Origin: Candidatus Acidiferrum sp.
Lineage (GTDB): Bacteria > Acidobacteriota > Terriglobia > Acidiferrales > UBA7541
Direction: 5' to 3'
DNA length: 64,000 nt
Assembly: GCA_036496505.1 (NCBI GenBank)
Contig: DASXLA010000041.1
Coordinates: 964 to 64,963 of the forward strand
Part shown: in pieces, positions 9,940 through 20,460 of the stretch
How positions within the stretch are numbered: position 1 is the first letter of the stretch
Layout of the letters: the number at the start of each line of letters is the position of its first letter
Program-made: the position numbers and the translations under genes
Notes under the pieces: model-generated
The model's database searches: none
The model's input: only the letters and a program-made list of their open reading frames with translations
What the model was told of the DNA's origin: nothing

Positions 9940-10013
9940 ATTTGGTCTAGTGTAGTGATGCGAGTTTGCTTTTCCGCCTCCGCAGCTAGATGTTTCATCT
10001 AGAAGAGGCTGTT

Positions 10014-10050
10014 AACGCCGGCCGGTTTTATCGGCCGGCGTTTTGTTTTT
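10014..10050 (+). terminator. Rho-independent terminator after efp (convergent with purB)
   Basis: AACGCCGGCCG-gttttat-CGGCCGGCGTT followed by a T-rich tract. Confidence 0.8.
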
Positions 10051-10076
10051 TGGCGTGACCGAGGTCCAAAGAAGCT

Positions 10077-11417
10077 TCAGACCGCAGTTTTGCTTTTGCT
10101 GCCGGCAACCACAGGCTTGGCGCCGAACACGCGCGCGAAAATAGCATCCACGAACCGCAGTTGCCGCTGCAAATCAAACGTGTGCGACAGCGCAGCCGCG
10201 TCCAGATATTTGGTGATCCGTGGATCCTTGGCGACGCGCTCGCGAAAGCTGGATTCTGTTTCCCACGCGGCCATGGAATTTTCCTGCACCGCTTTATACG
10301 CGTCGTCGCGGGGCATGCCCTTTTCCACCAGATCCTGCAAGAGTTGCCCGGAAAAAACCAGGCCGTGCGTCATTTCCAGATTGCGCAGCATGCGCTCGGG
10401 AAACACGCGCATGTCCGCGATGATCGCGGTCATCTTGGCAAGCATGTAGTCCACCAGGATGGTCGAGTCCGGCAAAATCACGCGCTCCACGGAGCTGTGG
10501 GAAATGTCGCGCTCGTGCCACAGCGCCACATTTTCAAACGAGGCGATGAGATTCGAGCGCACCAGCCGCGCCAGCCCGCAAATCTGCTCGCAGCTCACGG
10601 GGTTGCGCTTGTGCGGCATCACCGAGCTGCCGCGCTGCTCGCCGCCGAAGGGCTCTTCCGCCTCGCGCACTTCGGTGCGCTGCAGGTGGCGAATTTCCAG
10701 CGCGATTTTTTCCAGCGTGGCGGAAACCAGTGCCAGCGCGCTGAGATAGTGCGCGTGGCGGTCGCGCTGAATCACCTGCGACGCCACCGGCGCCACGTTT
10801 AGTCCCAGCCGCTGGCAGATGCGCTCTTCAATGTCCGGCCCGAGATGCGACGCATTGCCCACTGCGCCCGAAATCTTTCCCACGGCCATCTGCGCGGCGG
10901 CATCGCGAAAACGCTGCTGGTTGCGCTCATTTTCCGCGTACCAGTTGGCGATTTTCAGCCCAAAAGTAATTGGCTCGGCATGCACCCCGTGAGTGCGCCC
11001 GATTTGCGGCGTGGCGCGAAATTCCTGCGCGCGCGCGCCGAGGGCCTCGCCGAATTTCACCAGCGCGGCCTCAATCAACCGCGAAGCTTCGCGAACCTGC
11101 AAGGCCTGCGCGGTGTCCACCACGTCGTTGGAGGTCATGCCGTAGTGAAGCCAGCGCGCCGCGGCGGGGTCGCCGATGGAGTCGCCGACCGCCATGGTGA
11201 ACGCCACCACGTCGTGCTTCACCCGGGACTCGAGCTCATTAATCCGCGCCACATCGATTTTGGCGTTCGCGCGAATTTTGGCAGCGGCCTCCTTCGGCAC
11301 CACGCCGCCTTCCGCCAGCGTTTCCGTCGCGGCCAGCTCAACTTCCAGCCATTTCGCGTACTTGTTGCCGTCGCGCCAGACGGCGCCCATGGCCTCGCGG
11401 GTATAGCGTGCAATCAA
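10077..11417 (-). CDS. purB: Adenylosuccinate lyase
   Basis: MIARY start; HDV, HYGMTSNDVVDT, GRTHG and GSSVMPHKRNP signature. Confidence 0.97.
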   Translation of the reverse strand: MIARYTREAMGAVWRDGNKYAKWLEVELAATETLAEGGVVPKEAAAKIRANAKIDVARINELESRVKHDVVAFTMAVGDSIGDPAAARWLHYGMTSNDVVDTAQALQVREASRLIEAALVKFGEALGARAQEFRATPQIGRTHGVHAEPITFGLKIANWYAENERNQQRFRDAAAQMAVGKISGAVGNASHLGPDIEERICQRLGLNVAPVASQVIQRDRHAHYLSALALVSATLEKIALEIRHLQRTEVREAEEPFGGEQRGSSVMPHKRNPVSCEQICGLARLVRSNLIASFENVALWHERDISHSSVERVILPDSTILVDYMLAKMTAIIADMRVFPERMLRNLEMTHGLVFSGQLLQDLVEKGMPRDDAYKAVQENSMAAWETESSFRERVAKDPRITKYLDAAALSHTFDLQRQLRFVDAIFARVFGAKPVVAGSKSKTAV

Positions 11418-11651
11418 CGTTTGCTCCTGAGATTTTCAGCCCGGTTACGCCGGAATCAGAACCGCCGCATCCATCAGAGACGTCAAAAAAACAACTGCAA
11501 AACCGGACGGCTCCAGCGCACAAATCCACAGTAATGATACGGTATTTCACACTTGCGTGCGACCTGTGCCCGTGTCCGTTGAAAACGCCAGCCCTAGTGA
11601 TGCTTCTTTTGACGCACCAGGCGGTTACGGGCGGTATCGCCCGCGGCGGAC

Positions 11652-11679
11652 CTAACCGCAAGCCCTAAATTCTGTCTAA
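11652..11679 (+). promoter_or_regulatory. Putative ECF-sigma-type promoter (autoregulatory)
   Basis: CTAACC-N16-GTCTAA (AAC/GTC ECF-type) immediately upstream of the sigma gene. Confidence 0.45.
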
Positions 11680-11687
11680 GGATATGG

Positions 11688-12329
11688 ATGAAGGAAAGCG
11701 TCGAGAGCGTCCGGGCGGCCGACGCCATCGCCATCGAGCGCACGCTTGCGGGCGATCGCGATGCCTTTCGCATTCTCGTGGAGCGCCACAGCGCCACCAT
11801 TTTCCGCCTGGCCTATCGGCTGACCGGCAATCATCATGACGCCGAAGAAATCGTGCAGGAGGCTTTTTTGCGCGCTTATCAAAAACTCGAGCAGTTCGCG
11901 TCGCAAGCGAATTTCGCCACCTGGGTATACCGCATCGCCGCGAACTACACCATCGACCGCATGCGCCAGCGCAAAAGCGAGGACGCGCGCAAGCTGCTGG
12001 TTCCCAGCGCGGAAATGTCCGACGACGCCGAACTGGATCCGCTGCGCCAGATTCCGGATGACGCGCCCACGCCCGAGCGGCTCACACAAAGTGTCGAACT
12101 GCGCAAGCAAATGGAAAATGCCCTCCAGAATTTGACGCCCGCGGAACGCACCGCGTTCGTGATGCGTCACTGCGACGGCTGCGGCATCGAAGAAATCGCC
12201 GCGGCATTGAAATCGAACGCCGGCGCCACCAAGAACACCGTTTTTCGCGCGGTACAGAAATTGCGGAACGCGCTCGAGCCGCAGTTTTTGCCGCGTGCGC
12301 AGGCCCGCGCCATGGGAACGGAATCATGA
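11688..12329 (+). CDS. ECF RNA polymerase sigma factor
   Basis: DAEEIVQEAFLRAY, F.TWVYRIA.N and a region 4 HTH. Confidence 0.92.
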   Translation: MKESVESVRAADAIAIERTLAGDRDAFRILVERHSATIFRLAYRLTGNHHDAEEIVQEAFLRAYQKLEQFASQANFATWVYRIAANYTIDRMRQRKSEDARKLLVPSAEMSDDAELDPLRQIPDDAPTPERLTQSVELRKQMENALQNLTPAERTAFVMRHCDGCGIEEIAAALKSNAGATKNTVFRAVQKLRNALEPQFLPRAQARAMGTES

Positions 12330-13138
12330 AGCACGCAAGCGGCGAACATTTAACCGAAGAGCAGTTGATTGCCTATCAGGACGGCGAGGCCTCCAATCGC
12401 GCATCCTTTGCGGCGCACATCCGCGAGTGCGCCGAGTGCCGCGCCGAAGTGCAGCGCATCGCCGGAATGCTCGCGGCGTTTCAGGCCCTGCCCGTTCCGG
12501 ATCCCGGCGAGGAATATGGCCGGCGCGTATGGCAGCAGATTGCGCCGCGCCTGCCGGAGAAACGCGCGCGATGGTGGCAGGCATTGCTCGAACCGCGGCG
12601 ATTGACGGCAGCGGGCCTCGTCGCAGCGTTGTTGTTGGTGGCGTTTCTGGCCGGGCGCGTCAGCAAGCACCCGGACAACGGGAATCCGGCGCTGTCCGCC
12701 GACCAAGTGCGCGAGCGCGTACTGCTTCTCGCTGTCGGCAAGCATCTCGGCCGCTCGGAAATGGTGCTGATGGATATCGCCAATGCCGATCCGCAGGGGC
12801 CCGGTGTGAAGCAGGTGAATTTTTCTTCGCAGCGCCGGCGCGCCGAAGATTTGCTCGACGAAAACCGCCTCTACCGGCAAACCGCGCTGCAGGAAGGCGA
12901 CACCGGGCTGGCTAATGTGCTCGACGAACTCGAGCGCGTGCTGCTGGATGTGGCGCACAGCCCGCGCACCGTGACGCCGGCGCAAGTCAAATCGATTCGC
13001 CAGCGTATTGATGACGACGGGTTGCTCTTCAAGGTGCGCGTACTGGCCAGACAGATTGAGATGCAGGAGCGATCCGGCAGCAAGTCGAAGCCGGAAACGA
13101 GCGGCTCCGCAAACGTGGAAAGGAACAACCGGGCATGA
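12326..13138 (+). CDS. Zinc-finger (HxxxCxxC) transmembrane anti-sigma factor
   Basis: HIRECAEC motif and one TM helix; ATGA overlap with the sigma gene. Confidence 0.85.
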   Translation: MKHASGEHLTEEQLIAYQDGEASNRASFAAHIRECAECRAEVQRIAGMLAAFQALPVPDPGEEYGRRVWQQIAPRLPEKRARWWQALLEPRRLTAAGLVAALLLVAFLAGRVSKHPDNGNPALSADQVRERVLLLAVGKHLGRSEMVLMDIANADPQGPGVKQVNFSSQRRRAEDLLDENRLYRQTALQEGDTGLANVLDELERVLLDVAHSPRTVTPAQVKSIRQRIDDDGLLFKVRVLARQIEMQERSGSKSKPETSGSANVERNNRA

Positions 13139-14517
13139 ACAGAGGAACATCATTTCGCGTCGTGAAATTCGCGTGGGCCGCGGCGTTTGCGCTGCTGGCC
13201 CGGCCAGCGGGCGCAAGTGCGCATTGGCGCGCCGCCGCTTGGCCGCAGCCGCAAAGCGCCACCGCTTCGTCTGACGACCGCGACGACTCCGCGCTGCAAA
13301 GCCAAAGCGACACCGAGCGCCAACAGGAACAGCGCGAGCGCGAAGAAGAACGCCGCGAACGCGAGCAGGACAAGCGCGAACAGGAGCAGGACCGCGTCGA
13401 GCAGCAGGAAGATTTATACGACCAGGGCCGCGAAGCGCTCGACGATGACCAATACGATCGGGCTCGCGATTTATTCACGGAGCTGGCCAAGCAGAACGGC
13501 CCCCAGACGGACGCCGCGCTTTACTGGGAAGCCTATACGCAACAGCGCCTGGGACAGCGCCAGGCGGCGATGGCCTCCATCGCGGATTTGAAAAAGCGCT
13601 TCCCGCAAAGCCGCTGGCAAAAGGATGCCGGAGCGCTGGAAATTGAAATTCGGCAGAACAGCGGACAGCCGGCTCGGCCGGAAGCGCAAAACGACGACGA
13701 GCTCAAAATGCTGGCCATCCAGAGCCTGATGAACAGCGATCCCGAGCGTGCCATGCCCTTGCTGGAAAAAGTGCTGCAAGGCGCGGCGTCGCCCAAGGAA
13801 AAATCCAAAGCGCTCTTCGTGCTAGCGCAAGGCGGCTCGCAGCAGGGTCGCGACATTATCGGACGTATTGCGCGCGGGCAGAGCAATCCCGAGCTGCAAA
13901 GAAAAGCGGTGGAGTACCTGGGAATCTTCGGCGGCGCCGAGTCGCGCAAGACCATGGCGGAAATTTACGCTTCCACCACCGACGCTTCGCTGAAGCGCGC
14001 CATTCTGCGCAGCTACATGATTGGTGGCGCCAAGGACCGCTTGTTTGCCGCCGCCAGGAACGAGAAGGATCCAGCTCTGCGCGCCGAAGCCATACGGCAA
14101 CTCGGACTGGTTCACGGCGAGAGCGAGCTCGAGCAGCTTTATAAAACGGAATCTTCTCCGGACGTGAAGAGAACTTTGCTGCAGGCATTCTTTCTGGCCG
14201 GAGACGCCAAAGCATTGTTGGGAGCCGCAACGGACGAAAAGGACCCGGAATTGCGCCAGGTTGCAGTGCGCAACCTCGGGCTGATTCACTCCGACGATTC
14301 AGACAAGGCTCTGGCGGCGATTTACGCTCGAGAAACGGATCGCGGCATCCGCGAAGAAGTGTTGAACGCCTATTTCATTCAGGGAAACGCCGGCGCCATC
14401 GTTGCTATTGCGCGCGCTGAAAAAGATCCCGGCTTGAAAAAAGTGGCGGTACAGAAGCTGGCACTGATGCACTCGAAAGAAGGCTCGGACTACCTGATAG
14501 AGATTTTGCAGAAGTAG
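13135..14517 (+). CDS. Exported TPR + HEAT-repeat protein
   Basis: Signal peptide, E/R/Q-rich linker, TPR-like DAALYW..FPQSRW, repeated LR..A...LG helices. Confidence 0.8.
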   Translation: MNRGTSFRVVKFAWAAAFALLARPAGASAHWRAAAWPQPQSATASSDDRDDSALQSQSDTERQQEQREREEERREREQDKREQEQDRVEQQEDLYDQGREALDDDQYDRARDLFTELAKQNGPQTDAALYWEAYTQQRLGQRQAAMASIADLKKRFPQSRWQKDAGALEIEIRQNSGQPARPEAQNDDELKMLAIQSLMNSDPERAMPLLEKVLQGAASPKEKSKALFVLAQGGSQQGRDIIGRIARGQSNPELQRKAVEYLGIFGGAESRKTMAEIYASTTDASLKRAILRSYMIGGAKDRLFAAARNEKDPALRAEAIRQLGLVHGESELEQLYKTESSPDVKRTLLQAFFLAGDAKALLGAATDEKDPELRQVAVRNLGLIHSDDSDKALAAIYARETDRGIREEVLNAYFIQGNAGAIVAIARAEKDPGLKKVAVQKLALMHSKEGSDYLIEILQK

Positions 14518-14524
14518 GTGGGCG

Positions 14525-15649
14525 ATGAAAACGACGATGACACGGCGCGTGATGCCATGGGGACTGCTGCCGATTTTGCTCAGTGGCGGGATGAGCGTAT
14601 CGGCTTGGGCGCGGCAGGCCCAGCCCGGCGCGGAAAAACCCAGCGACGCGCCGCGCGTGGAAAACGCCAGGATGGAAACGCAGAGCGTGACCGGCACACT
14701 AGCCGCCACCATTGGCGAAGCACAGAAAAACGCCGCGCCAATGTGGCTCGCCTATGCGGTGAAGGCGGCTCCCGGGCGCACGCTTTGTTGCGGGAATTAC
14801 AACAACGGCAGCAGCGTGGTCTGCGGCAAATGCGATCTGGAAATGGAGCATGCCCACTGGAATGAATCCACTGGCGGCACAGTGAAACTCGAAGGCGACC
14901 AGCGGCTGGTGGTCTTGCTGCGCCTGCAGGACCACCACGTCATGCGCATCAGGCTGGCGTCGGAAGATTGCGTTCTGGATGCCAGCGGCTTGCCGTTCCT
15001 CTGGCTCACCGGCGTGCACGCGCCCGAGAGTGTCGGCGTGCTCTCCGAGTACGTGCGCAAAGAAGGCGCCGGCGAGAAGCGGTCCATCGGTAATGAAGCG
15101 CTGATGGCCATCGCCTTGCACGACGGGGCCGAGGCGCAGAATGCGCTGGACTCCTTCACCGCGCTGGGACAACCGGAAGAGCTGCGCAAGCAAACCGCGT
15201 TCTGGATGGGCCTGGCGCGCGGACAGGATGGATTGGCGGTGCTGCAGCGCATGGCCAGAAAGGATCCGTCCACGGAAGTGCGCGCGCACGTCGCCTTTGC
15301 GCTCAACGTAAGCAAAGAGCCGGCCGCGCTGGACGAAATGATTCGCATGGCACACGAGGATGAGAGCGCGCACGTGCGCGGGCAGGCCATTTTCTGGCTG
15401 GCGCAGAAGGCCGGGAAGCGCGCCGTGAGCGCGATTGACGGCGCGATTGAGAATGATCCCGACACCGAAGTAAAAAAACAGGCGGTGTTTGCCCTGAGCC
15501 AGTTGCCGAAGGATGAGGGCGTGCCGAAGCTGATTCAGGTAGCCGAAAATAATCGCAATCCGCAAGTGCGCAAGCAAGCCATGTTCTGGCTGGGCCAATC
15601 GCAAGACCCCCGCGTCCTCGATTTTTTTGAAAAAGTCCTGACCAGGTAA
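14525..15649 (+). CDS. Exported HEAT-repeat protein
   Basis: Signal peptide; repeated VR..A.FWL/VKKQAVFAL units. Confidence 0.82.
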   Translation: MKTTMTRRVMPWGLLPILLSGGMSVSAWARQAQPGAEKPSDAPRVENARMETQSVTGTLAATIGEAQKNAAPMWLAYAVKAAPGRTLCCGNYNNGSSVVCGKCDLEMEHAHWNESTGGTVKLEGDQRLVVLLRLQDHHVMRIRLASEDCVLDASGLPFLWLTGVHAPESVGVLSEYVRKEGAGEKRSIGNEALMAIALHDGAEAQNALDSFTALGQPEELRKQTAFWMGLARGQDGLAVLQRMARKDPSTEVRAHVAFALNVSKEPAALDEMIRMAHEDESAHVRGQAIFWLAQKAGKRAVSAIDGAIENDPDTEVKKQAVFALSQLPKDEGVPKLIQVAENNRNPQVRKQAMFWLGQSQDPRVLDFFEKVLTR

Positions 15650-15979
15650 CTGTTGTTGTGCGAAGCACGAACGCGAGGCCCTCTCTCCTGCAGCTACAGT
15701 CGCGTAACGCGTCTCCGTCGACGTCGACTCAATTGATCTTGGCGACCTCGCGATCCCTACACCCAAAAAATTGTCGTTCCGACCGAAGTTTACCCGCCGT
15801 GGCGGGCGGCCGGTCTTTTTCTTCGTCGTTCGCGAAGCGAGCACCGGCCGCGCAGCGGAGAAATCTCTCTTTGATCTGTCGCGCAAGCCATGAGCCCGGA
15901 ATCTCAACTCATTCAGCCCGTTGCGTTCGACGCTGCGCCAAGCATGAGAAACGCGCTGGAGTAAATAGGGCCTGACCCC

Positions 15980-16762
15980 TCACCGAGCGCAGGCGGCCCG
16001 GCCAGCCTGGCCGTCATGAATCCCGCGCGCCCGCATGCAATCGTAAATGGACTGCGCTTCCGGATAGAAGCGGCGCTCCAGTTTTACATCGTTGCGGTCA
16101 TCCGGGTCGCTGGAAACCACCATAAAATCACCATCCTTGCTTCGTAGCACGTGGCGGCCGTCCGCCAGAATTACGGCGGAGTCGTACATATCCTTTATGC
16201 TCTTCACGACCTCGGCGTCCTTGGCTTTCAATTCGGCGATGATGCGCTCGTTCGTTCGTTTGTCCTCGTACAACTGAATAGCGATGCGAAACCACGCTTC
16301 CTGCTCCGCGTCGCTTTTCTTCACGTAATTCGCTTTTTTCTCGGGCGTGTAGTAATCGATGTAAAAATGCTGAAACGACCAGTCCACCACGTCGCCCATC
16401 ACGTCAAGCACCGTTCGATTGGGGCTTTCGGTGGAGTATTTCTTGATGCGGACCAGCATCACCCGCAAACCGTCCGGGGCTATGTCTGCATGCTTCGCAT
16501 CTTGAATGAATAGCGCGCGCACCAGATTCGCGAGAATGCGATCGCGCGTGTATATTTCCTCGCTTTTTGGCTTTCCCGCGGCGTCGGCGCGCAAGGGAAG
16601 ATTGGCGATCGAATTGTTGGCGTAGCGCAGGACGATTTCCCGCTGTTGAGCCTCGGGAAGCCGGGCAGCTTCGGCAACGGTCTGCGCTTTCGCGGAGCCG
16701 GCCAAGCAACAAACGGCAGTTGCGAGAATCCCAAGCCGAAGCATTTCCCGATGTAGATTCAT
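15980..16762 (-). CDS. Hypothetical secreted protein
   Basis: 260-aa ORF with RBS (GGAGGA/AAGGA) and a signal peptide ending AKA. Confidence 0.6.
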   Translation of the reverse strand: MNLHREMLRLGILATAVCCLAGSAKAQTVAEAARLPEAQQREIVLRYANNSIANLPLRADAAGKPKSEEIYTRDRILANLVRALFIQDAKHADIAPDGLRVMLVRIKKYSTESPNRTVLDVMGDVVDWSFQHFYIDYYTPEKKANYVKKSDAEQEAWFRIAIQLYEDKRTNERIIAELKAKDAEVVKSIKDMYDSAVILADGRHVLRSKDGDFMVVSSDPDDRNDVKLERRFYPEAQSIYDCMRARGIHDGQAGRAACAR

Positions 16763-16914
16763 GCTTCCTTGTCCTCCGTTTATTCAGAAACCGGCAGCGT
16801 CGAAGCAGCAGTCCACCGCAAAGTATAAATCCATTATTTGGAAGCGAGGTAACGACGATTGATCAGGCTTGAGCGACGGATTTAACAAGTTCGAAGAGGA
16901 AAGAAGCTGGAAAG

Positions 16915-17793
16915 CTAGTCGCCGGTAGGGTTGGAGCGCATATAGCGCCACGGGTTCACTGGGGCATTGTTCATGCGCACTTCGTAATGCACGTGCGGCC
17001 CGGTGGACCGGCCGCTGATGCCCGTGTAGCCGATCACTTCGCCGCGCTTCACGCGCGTGCCCGGAACAGTCGAGTAAGACGAGAGATGCGCGTACCAAGT
17101 GGTGATGCCAAAGCCGTGGTCGATAATCACCAGCCGGCCATACCCGGAATGCGTCTCCGCGACGGTCACGATGCCGTCGGCGGTGGCGTGCACCGGCGCG
17201 CCATAGTCCGAGGCCACGTCAACTCCGCGGTGAAACGCGCCTTCCCCGCTGAACGGGTCCAGGCGCTCGCCGAAGCTGTCGGTGATGTGCCCGAGGACCG
17301 GCCAGATCGACGGCGTATAGGAGGAGTCCGCAAAGGTCATGGAGGGCATCAGCCGCAGGCCGGAGTTCGAAACCGCAATCACCGCGGCGTTACGCTTCAA
17401 AAAAGTGTATTGCTCCACCGAGCGGTCGAAGGCGTCCTGGGGATCGCCGGTGTCCGGCTCATCGAAAGCGGCGGGGTGGTAGCGGAGCACGCCGTAGGTC
17501 ATGGCCACTTCGGTGGCCAGCGATTGCAGGGAGTCCAGGCGCTGGTTGGTATCCACCACCGTGCCTTGCAGCTGCCGATACTGCTTCTTTAGGGTTTCCT
17601 GATCGTGGCGCAGCGCGTTGTAGTTGCCGACCTTCCACAGCATCCTGGAATAGGCGCCGATAGCGGCAGTAACGGTAATGGCGCCAATCAGCGCCAGGGC
17701 GGCAAGCGCATGCAGGATATGCCCGGGAACGACCAGTTTCCGCATCTGGCCGGGAGAGGACGCGATATAAAATGTGTAATTCTTGCCGGACAT
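16915..17793 (-). CDS. M23 family peptidase with TM and coiled coil
   Basis: HRGVD, YAHL and STGPHVHYE motifs. Confidence 0.92.
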   Translation of the reverse strand: MSGKNYTFYIASSPGQMRKLVVPGHILHALAALALIGAITVTAAIGAYSRMLWKVGNYNALRHDQETLKKQYRQLQGTVVDTNQRLDSLQSLATEVAMTYGVLRYHPAAFDEPDTGDPQDAFDRSVEQYTFLKRNAAVIAVSNSGLRLMPSMTFADSSYTPSIWPVLGHITDSFGERLDPFSGEGAFHRGVDVASDYGAPVHATADGIVTVAETHSGYGRLVIIDHGFGITTWYAHLSSYSTVPGTRVKRGEVIGYTGISGRSTGPHVHYEVRMNNAPVNPWRYMRSNPTGD

Positions 17794-18036
17794 CGCTAAG
17801 AAGGCCCTCAGCCTTGTGTTACCGTGACGCGCCAGCAACCTCCACCGGCAGCACAGTTAATCATAGCAAATCCGCGCGGTGGCTGGGTTTGCATCGCTCG
17901 GCATACTAGAGGGGTGGGGGTGCTAGAGTCAACCCTGTATTTTCCTGTTCATGGAACAGGTTGCGGAAAACTGCCCCCTGTACCATTGAGCAGGTTTTGG
18001 CCAAATGAAGTGCAATTCTGGTGAACAGGTGCGGGA

Positions 18037-19206
18037 GTGGAGCGAGCCTTGTCAAAGCGCCGACGCGGTAAAAACAGCCGAGCTGAGCGCGGTGGCGAGA
18101 GCACCGGGGCGGAGCGTACATTGGCGAAGCACGGACAGGCTTACGGAACTGGTGGCGAAAGCGGCGGTGAGAACAAACTGGTTGAGCGCATCGCGCGCCA
18201 TTTTGGGAAACGCGCTGCCGGGTTTGTTTCGCTCGGGATGGGTGACGATGCCGCGCTGGTGAGGCCTGCGCCCGGCAACGATATTATTCTGACCTGTGAC
18301 TGGTTTCTCGAAGGCACGCACTTCTTGCGCGACCGGCATCCGGCGGAAGCTGTGGGCTGGAAGTGCCTCGCCCGCGCGGTGAGCGACGTGGCCGCCATGG
18401 GCGGAGTGCCGCGGTGCTTCTTGTTGAGCCTGGCGCTGCCGGAGCCTTTGACTGGCTCCTGGCTGGACGCGTTTTTGCGGGGGTTGCGCCGCGCCGCGAG
18501 GCGGTTCCGGTGCGAGCTGGCCGGAGGAGACACGACCAGCCGGCGCGAAGTGCTGATCAATATTACCGTGGCGGGCGAGGTGCGCCGCGGGCGCGCCTCA
18601 CGGCGGTCGGGGGCACGGCCGGGCGATATCCTTTATGTAAGCGGGCGGCTGGGCGAAGCGGAACTGGGCCTGAAGCTTCTGCGCGAGGGCAACGCGGAGC
18701 GGCCCGGGCAGCCGGCGCTTCTGCGCTTGGCCGACGCGGCGCGGCCGGGGCAGCTGGCTCGGCTGGCGCGTCGGGATATGCATGTGAAAAAGCATTTGTA
18801 TCCGGAACCGCGGCTGGCCTTGGGTCGTTGGCTCAGAGAAAAGCGCCTGCCGACCGCGATGATGGACCTGTCGGACGGCTTATCGAGCGACTTGCCAAGG
18901 ATGTGCGACGCCAGCGGGGTTGGGGCGCTGATCGACGCCGCGCGCCTGCCGCTGCCGCGTGTGCACGAGCAGGAGCAGAAGCGTGGGCTCGACGCGCTGC
19001 AGCTGGCCCTCCACGGCGGGGACGACTACGAGTTGCTGTTCGCCGTGTCGCAGCGAAACGCCTCCCGGGTGCCCGCTTCGCTGGCAGGACTGCGCATCAC
19101 GCCCATCGGCAAAATAGTGAAAGCCCGGCAAGTGCACCTGCTGGACAGGGCTGGTCGCACCAGCGTGCTGCACGCCGCCGGTTGGGATCCCTTCAGCCGC
19201 GCTTAG
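18037..19206 (+). CDS. thiL: Thiamine-monophosphate kinase
   Basis: GDDAA, SDVAAMGG, GGDT, MDLSDGL, GGDDYEL and GWDPF motifs; start uncertain. Confidence 0.93.
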   Translation: MERALSKRRRGKNSRAERGGESTGAERTLAKHGQAYGTGGESGGENKLVERIARHFGKRAAGFVSLGMGDDAALVRPAPGNDIILTCDWFLEGTHFLRDRHPAEAVGWKCLARAVSDVAAMGGVPRCFLLSLALPEPLTGSWLDAFLRGLRRAARRFRCELAGGDTTSRREVLINITVAGEVRRGRASRRSGARPGDILYVSGRLGEAELGLKLLREGNAERPGQPALLRLADAARPGQLARLARRDMHVKKHLYPEPRLALGRWLREKRLPTAMMDLSDGLSSDLPRMCDASGVGALIDAARLPLPRVHEQEQKRGLDALQLALHGGDDYELLFAVSQRNASRVPASLAGLRITPIGKIVKARQVHLLDRAGRTSVLHAAGWDPFSRA

Positions 19207-19276
19207 TTTGGATCAAAACGAAAAAAACGAAGAAGAAACTCAAGATCAAAACCCGTCAAGTCCAATTCCAGCAAGC

Positions 19277-19447
19277 GTTGGCCACCCGCCCGTATTCGTA
19301 CCATGTTCGCATATCGGTTAGCCGTTACGTCGTCGAATTGGAAAAGAAGGGCTGGGCCACCAGATCGGTGAGTTGGGAGCCTGATCGGGCTTGGGTGGAT
19401 CGAACAGTCGAGAGTGAAAATTTGAGCCAGCCAGTTGGCCACCCGCC
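19277..19447 (+). repeat. REP-like end motifs (GTTGGCCACCCGCC x2, GGGCCACC x1)
   Basis: Identical 14-mers at 19277 and 19434; CCACCCGCC also ends the RAYT flank near 51619. Confidence 0.5.
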
Positions 19448-19484
19448 GGTTAAACATTTCGTTGCTGCAACTACACTCGCGCGG

Positions 19485-20399
19485 TTATCGCTTCTTAATA
19501 ATGAGATTGTCGTGGAGATTCTGGCGCCCGGGCCGATCGGCCCACGAGCCGTAATTGACGTGTTCAAGTTGCAATCCAGCCTGCGCCAGCCAATCCGTGA
19601 TGTGATTTTGCGGAACGGCGATTGCCGTTTCAGGAAAGACCTCATCCAGAGTCAGACAACCCTCAAACGGATATGGAAAGGCCAGCGAGCTTTTTCCGTC
19701 CACAATGGACTTTCGCGATTCTTCATTCAGGAGGAAAGTGGTGATAAAAGCGTGTCCACCAGGTTTCATGACTCGCGCTATTTCATTTATATAGTTATGA
19801 ATGCCGGCGAGCCTCATGTGAGTAAAGATTGACATCAGCATTACGCAGTCGAAGCTATCGTTGTCATACGGAAATTTCAGCGTCTCGGAAGTGATGGTTC
19901 CGCTCGAATTGTAATGTTTGCTATAAACGTCGACGAATTCAAATCTGAACCGAGGATTCGCCGCGGTGATGTGCTTCTGACACCACAATACCCACGAAGG
20001 GACGATGTCGAAGCCATCGTAACTGCCTTGTTGCAAATAGCTCAGAAGGGGCAATGCGACACTTCCCGAGCCGCAGCCTACGTCCAGTACTCGATGGTGG
20101 GGCTGAAGGCTGCATGCGTCAATAATTTCGGCGAGGCCTTTTTTCCCGGCGGATATATACGTGCTTGTATCGTTGAAGCGCATGCCGCGGGGAGGGATCA
20201 GCGAATGGTTTTTTCGCGTAACACTTTCGTAAACGTCAACCGGGAAATACACGCACATCCGGACGGTATTGCGCACGGACGAATTCTGGAGCAGCCGTTT
20301 TGCGATTTTCTTCGGTGTCACTTGCACGATGCTAGCAGACCGACATTGAAGCGCCAAGAGTGAACCAGCTGAGTCAGCGACCTTCCCCTTCGTGAACAT
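19485..20399 (-). CDS. Class I SAM-dependent methyltransferase
   Basis: VLDVGCGSG and FD....SIFTH motifs; visibly more AT-rich; start uncertain. Confidence 0.85.
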   Translation of the reverse strand: MFTKGKVADSAGSLLALQCRSASIVQVTPKKIAKRLLQNSSVRNTVRMCVYFPVDVYESVTRKNHSLIPPRGMRFNDTSTYISAGKKGLAEIIDACSLQPHHRVLDVGCGSGSVALPLLSYLQQGSYDGFDIVPSWVLWCQKHITAANPRFRFEFVDVYSKHYNSSGTITSETLKFPYDNDSFDCVMLMSIFTHMRLAGIHNYINEIARVMKPGGHAFITTFLLNEESRKSIVDGKSSLAFPYPFEGCLTLDEVFPETAIAVPQNHITDWLAQAGLQLEHVNYGSWADRPGRQNLHDNLIIKKR

Positions 20400-20460
20400 A
20401 CAGGCGCCCGGCGAACTTTGGGATCATTTTCCGGGACAAAGCCAGACAGCAGGAACGCGC

